A DNA stretch of 32,000 nt from Nitrosococcus oceani ATCC 19707 (lineage in GTDB: Bacteria; Pseudomonadota; Gammaproteobacteria; Nitrosococcales; Nitrosococcaceae), in NCBI RefSeq assembly GCF_000012805.1, contig NC_007483.1:1-32000 (forward strand), given 5' to 3'. Below the pieces are notes generated by a model, which did not search any database, had not been told where the DNA came from, and worked only from the letters and a program-made list of their open reading frames with translations. Position numbers and translations under genes: made by a program. Every line of letters starts with the position of its first letter. Position 1 is the first letter of the stretch. Below, piece after piece: positions 7,307-15,292 of this stretch.

Positions 7307-8122
7307 ATGGCCCGTCGCCGATCCAATATCGTGGAAAGTATGTACGGCATCTTTCTGCGGACACCTTGGTGGGTCAGTCTCCTAGTGGCAGGCACGGCAT
7401 ATGCCGCTCTTAATTTTGGCCTACCCGCCTACATTGATGAAAGCAATTTGTTCTTAAAACCATTTGAACCACTGGGGCCACTCTTCGCGCCTTGGGTAAC
7501 GGGTTTTGTCTTGTTAACTGGCGCCTTTGCGCAACTCGGCAAGCGGTCTCGCCGGAAATTGCTGAATCGTCAATCGGGCCTTGATTCGATTCGCGCCATG
7601 AGTTGGCAGAGTTTTGAAAAACTGGTAGGCGAGTGCTACCGGCGGCAAGGGTATAGGGTGGAAGAAAAAGGAGGTGAAGGCGCCGATGGCGGTGTTGATC
7701 TGGTATTACGACGGCAAGGTGAGGTCATTCTCGTTCAGTGCAAACAATGGAAAACTAGGCAGGTGGGGGTCGCTAAGGTGCGCGAACTCTACGGTGTGGT
7801 GGCTGGTGAGAACGCTACTCGAGGAATCCTCGTCACTTGTGGTCAATTCACTCCTGACGCTAGGGCCTTTGCCAAAGGAAAAGCGCTGGAGTTGGTAGAG
7901 GGGACCACGCTGCTGGAGCGGATAAGTGAAGTTCAAAAGCACAGCAAAACTGATCCAGGCATCGTTCCTAAGCGAGCACAATCTACTCAAGTCGATCCCA
8001 ATTGCCCTCTTTGCGGTAAATCGATGGTGCTCCGAAAAGCTCGAAAAGGGAGGAATGCCGGTAAAAAATTTTGGGGTTGCATCGCATTTCCTCAGTGTAG
8101 AGGCGTAAGGAATTGTCCATAG
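7307..8122 (+). CDS. membrane-anchored Mrr_cat-type restriction endonuclease-fold protein with C-terminal topoisomerase-type zinc finger
   Basis: Two N-terminal hydrophobic helices. PD-(D/E)xK core 'GADGGVDLVLRRQGEVILVQCKQWK'. C-terminal 'CPLCGKSMVLRKARKGRNAGKKFWGCIAFPQC'. The start was moved to the ATG at 7307 because the track start at 7265 is TTG. Confidence 0.75.
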   Translation: MARRRSNIVESMYGIFLRTPWWVSLLVAGTAYAALNFGLPAYIDESNLFLKPFEPLGPLFAPWVTGFVLLTGAFAQLGKRSRRKLLNRQSGLDSIRAMSWQSFEKLVGECYRRQGYRVEEKGGEGADGGVDLVLRRQGEVILVQCKQWKTRQVGVAKVRELYGVVAGENATRGILVTCGQFTPDARAFAKGKALELVEGTTLLERISEVQKHSKTDPGIVPKRAQSTQVDPNCPLCGKSMVLRKARKGRNAGKKFWGCIAFPQCRGVRNCP

Positions 8123-8164
8123 GACAAAAAAGGTGGAGCTTAAGCTCAGGAAACCTTAACCTTT

Positions 8165-8899
8165 CTAACGCATAATGGATGTCTTGAAAGCTAAACTATA
8201 TGTCTTATTATCCGTAATATCGAAAACCTTCACTCGAATTTTTTGGTAGGGATTCCATTTCAGATAAATGAAACCCTGCTGAATATCGCCTGGATAAATG
8301 ACACGATCCTCAAACGCTAAGGAAGCCAGTTCCTTCTTAAATTGTATGGTGATGGCATCTGACAGTCCCGCGCCCGCTCCTGTAGCAGCTCCAGTGGCAC
8401 CGCCAATTGCAGCTCCAGCGCCAGCTCCACCACCCGAATCGCCGGCCGCATGTCCAATAGCCGCGCCCAGTCCTGCTCCTACCGCAGCTCCAGCCACAGC
8501 ACCCACAACAGCGCCAGTCACCGCAGTAGTGCCAATGGATGAACGGCGGACATGCTGTGCGGACTTTCCGAGGGAATAAGCAGCAGTCATCTCTCCGTTC
8601 GCAACGACACCAAATATTTGTTGGGCGTTAATCTCAAATTCTTTTGTACCCTTATTCTCAACGATTAAATGAACAGGAAGAATGTTTGCCGTTTTCAAAT
8701 CCGTTCCGAAAATCGCTTTGGAACGATCAGGAGAATCAATGGGGATCATGGCAATATCCAGTCCATCAATTTGCTGGTGATTAGCATAATGAGCTGGAGA
8801 TTTAAAAGACACGGTGTCCGTATTCAAAGGCGCGGCACACCCCAACAGAATTAAGGGGAGGATTCCTAGCCACCTAGCGTTGAGCACAGGGCATTCCAT
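8165..8899 (-). CDS. lipoprotein with glycine-zipper segment
   Basis: Lipobox 'LILLGC'. There is a long G/A-rich zipper 'GAVVGAVAGAAVGAGLGAAIGHAAGDSGGGAGAGAAIGGATGAATGAGAG'. It overlaps the upstream lipoprotein gene by 26 nt. Confidence 0.65.
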   Translation of the reverse strand: MECPVLNARWLGILPLILLGCAAPLNTDTVSFKSPAHYANHQQIDGLDIAMIPIDSPDRSKAIFGTDLKTANILPVHLIVENKGTKEFEINAQQIFGVVANGEMTAAYSLGKSAQHVRRSSIGTTAVTGAVVGAVAGAAVGAGLGAAIGHAAGDSGGGAGAGAAIGGATGAATGAGAGLSDAITIQFKKELASLAFEDRVIYPGDIQQGFIYLKWNPYQKIRVKVFDITDNKTYSLAFKTSIMR

Positions 8900-9557
8900 T
8901 ATTTTTTTGCTCCCACTTGGCTAGGTAATTGTGCAAGTTGGATGATTTATTCATCTGACCAAGAAGGTCGCCGATGGCTTTGTCAATCGCGCTGCTCATG
9001 GTAGAAGCAAAACCTCTTCCAGCTTCTTGATAGGTCATTTGACCCATCTCCTGAGATCCACCTTCTTCCTTCGCTTGGGTCGTACCCACCCATATTGTTC
9101 TGTTCTCTTGCGCATCCTGGATTTCTGCCCGGATGGAAAGGCGAGAGTAGGCCTCTGTTGAAATAGTTGCAAATCCTGTCCGCATGGCCATATTGACATC
9201 CATATCCTGTAAGCTAACGCGCATGAGCGCATCCACTGGCTCCGGCCCAGAATAACTCAGCGTATCGATAATATGGATAGTCCGAAAATTATATGCGAGC
9301 GCTTTAACTAATTTCGCCGAGAATGCTCTCCCTATGTCAAAGGAGAATTCTCCCATTCTAATTTTCTGCTCTACGTTTAAGTTCTTGAGCTTCGGATCAA
9401 GATAAAGGGCCAAAGAAACATCGCGCATATTAATCTGCCGCATATTCTCGAAGGCATCCATACCCAGGCTGGAGTCAAGAGAAGGAGCTACCTTAACGGT
9501 GCATCCCGCTACTCCGATAAAGGCGACGATGATCAATGAAAAAAATTTGTTTTTCAT
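8874..9557 (-). CDS. lipoprotein, unknown function
   Basis: Signal and lipobox 'MKNKFFSLIIVAFIGVAGC'. 227 aa, in an operon with the glycine-zipper lipoprotein. Confidence 0.65.
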   Translation of the reverse strand: MKNKFFSLIIVAFIGVAGCTVKVAPSLDSSLGMDAFENMRQINMRDVSLALYLDPKLKNLNVEQKIRMGEFSFDIGRAFSAKLVKALAYNFRTIHIIDTLSYSGPEPVDALMRVSLQDMDVNMAMRTGFATISTEAYSRLSIRAEIQDAQENRTIWVGTTQAKEEGGSQEMGQMTYQEAGRGFASTMSSAIDKAIGDLLGQMNKSSNLHNYLAKWEQKNNGMPCAQR

Positions 9558-9855
9558 ATTATGACCTTGAATAACAATCTAGGCTTAAGATAACCCGTTC
9601 CTGGAAGGAAAAGGCCTTGCTCTCGCTTAGTTATCGTCATCTCAGTGGAAGTGCTTAATTTCACAATACATATCACTTTTGGCTTTCATCAGAATACGAT
9701 CATCAGATAAATACCATTAAGCTTACCTGGATCATCCCTATCACCATCCGGTTCTTCGAACTCCTTGTCAATTGCAGGTAAGGACAATATGGTTTCCATC
9801 GCCGTATTTTTGGAAGTTGCTTTCCTTGCCATATTTGTTATACAAGGTGACTAAG

Positions 9856-10629
9856 ATGACAAAAACTACAACCATTGCCTTAGCAAACCAAAAGGGAGGC
9901 GTAGGAAAAACCACTACGGTGGTCAACCTAGCCTATGCGCTCTCTCAGCAGGGAAAACGGGTGCTAGCAGTAGATATGGACCCCCAGGCAAGTCTCACCC
10001 TCTACTGTGGCCACGATCCCAGAGTACTAGAGCAGCAAAAACACACCATCTATTGGGGACTCATAAAAGCCGGTGGTCTTGCTAATCTGGTGATCACCGG
10101 AACCCCCGCTCTCCTTCCTTCAAGCATCCAATTAGCTAAGGCGGAACCGGAATTAGCCCGGGAGTGGGACTCAATTTCTATCCTTAAGGAAAAACTGCGC
10201 GAAATCGAAAATGATTACGATTTTATCCTCATTGACTGTCCGCCAACGCTCGCGCTGCTTACTATCAATGCGCTTACTACAGCCGATGCGGTATTGATAC
10301 CCGTCAAGACGGACTATCTCTCAATCATGGGTATTCCTCTCATGTTAGAAACTATTGAAGACGTGAGACGACGCCCCAACCCGCGCCTTGAGATCATCGG
10401 TGTACTGCCGACCATGTTCGATGTGCGCAATAGTCACGACAACGAAGCCCTTGCCGAACTTCGCAACTCTTTGGAACCGGATATTCATGTCTTCGATCCT
10501 ATCAGCCGCAGCACCAGTTTTGATAAATCAGCCGCGGAGGGGCGTTCTACCCTTGAACTCCTCCCCAATGCCCCTGCGGCGCAGAATTACTTCCAACTAG
10601 CTAATCATCTGGTGACGCACTATGGCTAA
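9856..10629 (+). CDS. parA: ParA-family partition ATPase
   Basis: Deviant Walker A 'NQKGGVGKTT' directly after the ATG at 9856 (AAGGTGA upstream). 'DFILIDCPP' is present. It overlaps parB by 8 nt. Confidence 0.9.
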   Translation: MTKTTTIALANQKGGVGKTTTVVNLAYALSQQGKRVLAVDMDPQASLTLYCGHDPRVLEQQKHTIYWGLIKAGGLANLVITGTPALLPSSIQLAKAEPELAREWDSISILKEKLREIENDYDFILIDCPPTLALLTINALTTADAVLIPVKTDYLSIMGIPLMLETIEDVRRRPNPRLEIIGVLPTMFDVRNSHDNEALAELRNSLEPDIHVFDPISRSTSFDKSAAEGRSTLELLPNAPAAQNYFQLANHLVTHYG

Positions 10630-11476
10630 AAAAATTTCACCCCTTGCCGGCAAGATTAATCGAAACGTATTTTTTCATACCTCCCTGGATCTGCCGCGCA
10701 TCATAGAGGTGGATCTCAGCAATCTCAGGGAGAATCCCGATCAACCCCGTAAAACCTTTGACGAGACGGCTTTGCAAGAGCTTGCCGCCTCCATAGAGCA
10801 ACACGGATTAATTCAGCCTATCGCTGTTGCATCCGATCCGGAAAATAAAGAGGGTTACATGGTGGTGGCCGGTGAGCGCCGGTTGCGGGCTTTTAAGCGG
10901 CTTGGGCGTGAGACCATCCCAGCCATCGTTACCCAGGGGAACCGTGATGAGATCGCCTTGATTGAAAATCTTCAACGCGAAAACCTCAATCCACTTGAAG
11001 AAGCGGAAGCGTTAGCACAAATTATGAGCCGCCATGCGTACACTCAAAATGAGGTAAGTAAGGTCATCGGCAAAGCTAGAAATACGGTGAATGAGCTTTT
11101 GCGCCTCAACACGCTGCCTCAAGGCATTAAAGAGGAGTATCGGAGTCGGACGTCCGACTCTGGGGTGTCGAAGTCAGCGCTTATTGAGCTGACTAGGATA
11201 AAAAACAAAGACGAACAATTGAATCTTTGGGAAGAATTAAAGGCAGGGGCCACCGTGCGGACTGCTAGAAAAGCAAAAAAAGAGGAAATAACCAGCAAGA
11301 CGCCTTCTTCTCCAGCCATGCAACTGCTTTCTGCTGGGAAAGGATTTACCAAGAAACTGGCGGGGATTGCTCCTCACGAATTAAACAGTGAGCATTTTTA
11401 TACGTTGCTTAAATTACGCGAGCAGATAGATAAATTAATTAATACCCTAGAGGAAGAAGGTGGCGGGCGATTTTAG
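10622..11476 (+). CDS. parB: ParB/Spo0J-family partition protein
   Basis: ParB box 'GYMVVAGERRLRAFKRLG' and 'IALIENLQRENLNPLEEAEA'. An HTH region follows. Confidence 0.9.
   Translation: MAKKISPLAGKINRNVFFHTSLDLPRIIEVDLSNLRENPDQPRKTFDETALQELAASIEQHGLIQPIAVASDPENKEGYMVVAGERRLRAFKRLGRETIPAIVTQGNRDEIALIENLQRENLNPLEEAEALAQIMSRHAYTQNEVSKVIGKARNTVNELLRLNTLPQGIKEEYRSRTSDSGVSKSALIELTRIKNKDEQLNLWEELKAGATVRTARKAKKEEITSKTPSSPAMQLLSAGKGFTKKLAGIAPHELNSEHFYTLLKLREQIDKLINTLEEEGGGRF
11143..11160. promoter_or_regulatory. 18-bp perfect palindrome GAGTCGGACGTCCGACTC, copy inside parB (candidate parS)
   Basis: Exact palindrome. An identical copy lies at 11558-11575. Confidence 0.5.
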
Positions 11477-11557
11477 GCTGTCCTTGGGATTAATTTCATC
11501 TCTTTTAAGCATGGATGAACTCAACAGACGGCCTCTTGGTAAAACCCAATTCCTACA

Positions 11558-11575
11558 GAGTCGGACGTCCGACTC
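11558..11575. promoter_or_regulatory. 18-bp perfect palindrome GAGTCGGACGTCCGACTC, copy 82 nt downstream of parB (candidate parS)
   Basis: Identical to the 11143-11160 copy. A half-site-like GAGTCGGCACTC occurs near 11750. Confidence 0.5.
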
Positions 11576-12187
11576 CAAGATAGAGCAGAGGTAATTCTGC
11601 TCTCCGAGCTTAAAATTCTAATGCGTGGAGATCACCATTCTATGCCCACGCTATTCTTTACCTAAATGATCGCGAGCTACCCCTGTTCCTTGTAGTAACT
11701 GGGGCAGAGAAAATTTGCTAGCTGGTTTTTCCTCTCTCTGTTTTTTCGAGTCGGCACTCAACACAACCCCACGGTATGGAGGGATCTGTACTTTATAAGA
11801 ATGAAATCCTTTCGGCGGAAAGCGCGGAACAGAATGACCGGCTCGTAAAACCGTTATCCGATTTACTAAGGAAAACCCCTTCACCCCAAAAGGTGAACCC
11901 TATCACATTACTTTGAAACCTGTTGGACGAGGTTTTGATGGATAATCACTAAAACTAGGGTTTTAGTAACTTTGATTTGAAGATGATGGAATATCGGTGT
12001 TTTTTAGCTGTTATATAGGCGATTTTTTGCCAGACACCCCCATAATTACGAAAATGGGTTTCAACTCTAAAGCACTAAAATAGTAATTTCAGTAAATCGC
12101 AAATCCGGCGCTTATGGTACTGTAAGCGCAACAGGAGATTAAAAGCCGCATGGAGAACGCGGCCCGATTCTGAACCGGGGAGGCATT

Positions 12188-13126
12188 GTGACAATGGAGA
12201 AAAAAGCCGTTGATTTCTGGCAGGCACGAAAAGACTTCCTGGCGCATCTGCATTACGCCAAGGGGTACAGTCAGGGGACCTGCTATGCCTACAACTCGGA
12301 CCTGGGCATTTGGGGCCGCTGGCTGGCAGAAGTGGGCAAGGACTGGTGTCAGGCCACCCATGCAGACACCGAGAAGTTTGTGGCCTGGCAGATGCGGGAG
12401 CGGGGCGCCAAGGCGCACATCGTGGCCCGCCGCTCCAGTTGCCTAGGCTCGTTCTACAAATGGGCCATGAAGAATGCCCTGGTGGAATCAGACCCCATCT
12501 ATCTCGCTGATAAGCCCAAGCGTCCCTATCGCATCCCCGTCTGGCTAGAGAAGGAAGAGCAACAAGCGCTCCAGGAAGCGACCCAGCGGATAGACAATTT
12601 ACCCGAGAATATCTTCGGGCGTACCCAGGAGCATATTAAAGCGGTCCGGCGTCGCTATGATGTCCTGTTTGGCCTTATTCTCAACAGCGGCCTGCGAATC
12701 AGCGAAGCTCTGGCCGTGAAAGTCCGGGATGTGCGGGTGATGAACGGGATCGCTAAATCCGTGCGGATCATCGGCAAGGGCAACCGGGAACGGCTGGTGC
12801 CACTACCGGAAGCCTTCGGCCAAGTATTCGGGGCTTGGCTACAGGGCAGGGAAGGGGACGATTTCGTGTTCGCCAAAGCCCCGGGGGGAAAACCGCCTGG
12901 ACCCCATGCGGCGCGGGCCTATTTGCGGCGGCTCATTGAACGGGCGGGCATCGACAAGCCCGTGACTCCCCACAAGCTGCGTCATACTTACGCCACGCGG
13001 CTACTAGAATCAGGTGCCGAGTTGGTGGACATCCAGGCTTTGCTGGGGCACGTGGATTTATCCACCACCCAGATTTACACCCATGTGAGCGAGGAGCGGA
13101 TGGCCGGGGTGGTGGCGAAGTTGTAG
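12188..13126 (+). CDS. tyrosine site-specific recombinase (XerC/XerD-like integrase)
   Basis: N-terminal SAM-like domain. Catalytic signature 'GLRISEAL', 'HKLRHTYATRLL' and 'LLGHVDLSTTQIYTHV'. GTG start with GGGGAGG upstream. Confidence 0.85.
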   Translation: MTMEKKAVDFWQARKDFLAHLHYAKGYSQGTCYAYNSDLGIWGRWLAEVGKDWCQATHADTEKFVAWQMRERGAKAHIVARRSSCLGSFYKWAMKNALVESDPIYLADKPKRPYRIPVWLEKEEQQALQEATQRIDNLPENIFGRTQEHIKAVRRRYDVLFGLILNSGLRISEALAVKVRDVRVMNGIAKSVRIIGKGNRERLVPLPEAFGQVFGAWLQGREGDDFVFAKAPGGKPPGPHAARAYLRRLIERAGIDKPVTPHKLRHTYATRLLESGAELVDIQALLGHVDLSTTQIYTHVSEERMAGVVAKL

Positions 13127-13207
13127 CCCATGGGAAGAGGTGATCTTGATGGCTGTAAGTTGTAGAGCTTAGATCTTAGATGGGGTTGAAAGTCTTTCCA
13201 ACTTCAA

Positions 13208-13576
13208 TCAGAAGGTGACACCCAACTCTTTCTCGGCGCAGCTTTGACAAATCTCTTGATCCAGCATGTGACCGGCGTTTACTCGTTCTTTGCAATGCCT
13301 ACAGACACGGAAAAACCGCGACGTTTCAAGCGCCTTCATTTGGGCTGCCGCAAGTCGCTCGTTTGTAGGAGGTCTGGACCACTGGCGAAAAGCCTTCCAA
13401 CTGAGTTCCGGGCTATGGCTATGTGCTCCGCCCCATGTGACCACGCCTACTTCGAGAACGGTTTTGCCGTCTCTTTCCGCTAGGCGAGTGAATTCGCTAA
13501 TAAGCTCATCGTCGGTCATCGCTCGTGGCCCCTGTGCATTATGATGGCTTTTTTTGTGGGTAATATCTCTGGGCAT
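13208..13576 (-). CDS. hypothetical protein with C-terminal CxxC...CxxC zinc ribbon
   Basis: 122-aa ORF with 'CRHCKERVNAGHMLDQEICQSC'. No family recognised. An alternative start lies at 13519. Confidence 0.4.
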   Translation of the reverse strand: MPRDITHKKSHHNAQGPRAMTDDELISEFTRLAERDGKTVLEVGVVTWGGAHSHSPELSWKAFRQWSRPPTNERLAAAQMKALETSRFFRVCRHCKERVNAGHMLDQEICQSCAEKELGVTF

Positions 13577-13723
13577 TGCAAGTACAACTCCGATTTTAAG
13601 GTAGTATTTCTGTACTCAGAATAGTCTGGCCCTTTCACCTTACGGACCTGCACGTTCAGGAGGAGTACGAGCACAAATGGTAGAGCTTCTTCCTAGAACC
13701 AGAACACACTTAATTTAATTCCT

Positions 13724-13760
13724 GGAATATACCTTTTCGAAGGGATCTGCAAAAAACCCC
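13724..13760. repeat. 37-bp inverted repeat, left copy (ends ...CCCC)
   Basis: GGAATATACCTTTTCGAAGGGATCTGCAAAAAACCCC. Its reverse complement matches 14810-14846 at 36 of 37 positions. Confidence 0.85.
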
Positions 13761-13905
13761 ACGTTGGACGCGGATTATTCACCACAGTCTGCATGTGACA
13801 TCGTGCTCGATCCGAATTGCTTGGGGACTCGTATCTATCAGTGTACGTTCGGAATTCGCCGTGCGTAGGCTTCTGATTAATTTAGTGACAGTACGGAGAC
13901 GAGCC

Positions 13906-14664
13906 ATGAACAAAACAAGACAGTTGTTTTCACCACGCACGAACAGCACCCATATCCGCACTTGGGCGGGCATTGTAGCAGCAGCTAGTGTGCTCGGGTT
14001 CACCTCGGGCACCATTGCTCAGCAGCCCAGCCAATTCGTAAGCCCCGGCTCAATCTCGGCTATCGAGAGCGGAACGGTAATTAACCTGCAGCGATCACTC
14101 TACACTGCTAAATTCACCTGTGGTATTTGGGATGAAGGACTGCAAGTCGGCAAGACCGCTGCGCAACTCAACAAGGGACTGGGTGCCGGTCCGCCGCTTC
14201 CACCGGAATACCTGACGCCGCCGCTGCTTGCCCAGCAGCTTCCGCCACCCTACTACCATGACTTCCAGCCGGGCAGCTACTCGACCGCGCTCAACATCTT
14301 TAATCCCACACTGCGTCCGGTGGACGTGCAGGTGAAGATCTCCTCGGACAGTCTGTCCGGCCCGATAGTGGTCGCAACAAAGAGCATCAACTCGCTCGAA
14401 GCCACCAGGATTGGTTGCTCAGATATCGAGGCCATCCTGCCGAACAGCTTTGCAGGTGAGCTGGTGGAGGGTTTCTTCCACATCACTCGCTTCAGGACCG
14501 ATCTCCACGTGCAGGCGGTATACACTTACTCTACGATAGCTGCTTTCCAGGAGTTCCGCGGCGGTTTCGTAGAAGCAGCCGGCGCAGGTGCTGGTGCTGG
14601 CGGCCTGGGCCTTGGCGCATCGGTCGACATCGAAACGGTCAAACCGATAGGGATTGGCTTCTAA
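13906..14664 (+). CDS. secreted hypothetical protein
   Basis: ATG at 13906 with GGAG upstream. N-terminal signal-like 'IRTWAGIVAAASVLGFTSGTIAQQ'. It has a Pro-rich linker and a C-terminal GAGAGAGGLGLG. No family recognised. Confidence 0.5.
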   Translation: MNKTRQLFSPRTNSTHIRTWAGIVAAASVLGFTSGTIAQQPSQFVSPGSISAIESGTVINLQRSLYTAKFTCGIWDEGLQVGKTAAQLNKGLGAGPPLPPEYLTPPLLAQQLPPPYYHDFQPGSYSTALNIFNPTLRPVDVQVKISSDSLSGPIVVATKSINSLEATRIGCSDIEAILPNSFAGELVEGFFHITRFRTDLHVQAVYTYSTIAAFQEFRGGFVEAAGAGAGAGGLGLGASVDIETVKPIGIGF

Positions 14665-14809
14665 CGGGAGCATCAATAATTGCGGGGTAATCATGTAGCC
14701 CGCTTGAGTTCATCGGTCTCATCATGACAATCAAAGCCAGGATACCATTCGGCAAATCTTGTCTTCAGTTCGCCGTTTAAGAGTCGGGCGCGCATTTGCA
14801 CCAATAGAT

Positions 14810-14846
14810 GGGGTTTTTTGCAGATCCCCTCGAAAAGGTATATTCC
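14810..14846. repeat. 37-bp inverted repeat, right copy (starts GGGG...)
   Basis: GGGGTTTTTTGCAGATCCCCTCGAAAAGGTATATTCC. One mismatch to the reverse complement of 13724-13760. Confidence 0.85.
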
Positions 14847-14969
14847 AAAAATTATTCGGCTAAGTTCTGTTGAAGCGCGACCTGCGCTAATTTCTAAATG
14901 ATGGCTGAGGTATCCTGAAAAAAATGGACACCCCTGATAGGTTAAAATAACTGATTGAGGAGGCAGAGA

Positions 14970-15236
14970 ATGGAACTTAAACAAGACGATACGCCGGAGT
15001 TTTGGGCAGAGGCGATGAAGCGAGTATTAGAGTATTATAAACAAGGGTTATCGTTGGCGGAGGCTGCCGAGCGGTTATCGATTCCGAAAGTGACCTTAAC
15101 GACATGGGGTCAGCAAAGCCAAAGGGGGAAAGCGCCAGCGGCGCCACTCGTGCCTTGGCTACCTGGCCCCGGCTGTGTTTGCTCAAAACTTCCGCAAACC
15201 ACAGGGGGTTACCTGAAACAGGAGCGTCCACGATGA
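14970..15236 (+). CDS. small helix-turn-helix protein, possibly a transposase N-terminal remnant
   Basis: GGAGG RBS then ATG at 14970. 'GLSLAEAAERLSIPKVTLTTW' is HTH-like. It lies 124 nt inside the GGGG-starting repeat, and its C-terminal half is low complexity. Confidence 0.35.
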   Translation: MELKQDDTPEFWAEAMKRVLEYYKQGLSLAEAAERLSIPKVTLTTWGQQSQRGKAPAAPLVPWLPGPGCVCSKLPQTTGGYLKQERPR

Positions 15237-15292
15237 CCAGGACACCTCAGTCACGATTGAAGGTTTGGAGACCCATGCCATCGTCCACAGCC

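Noticed and set aside
11651-11884. 77-aa minus-strand ORF in the parB-recombinase gap
   Set aside because: Poor composition, no RBS, and it lies in an otherwise non-coding region. It is more likely regulatory or origin DNA.
14691-14984. 97-aa minus-strand ORF spanning the right-hand 37-bp repeat
   Set aside because: It reads straight through a transposon-end-like repeat and overlaps the RBS and start of the HTH ORF on the other strand. No domain was recognised.
15104-15292. The N-terminal 63-codon extension of SelO given by the track ORF
   Set aside because: The extension is low complexity (GSAKPKGESASGATRALATW...) and has no counterpart in the SelO/YdiU N-termini I recall. Conserved sequence begins right after the ATG at 15293.
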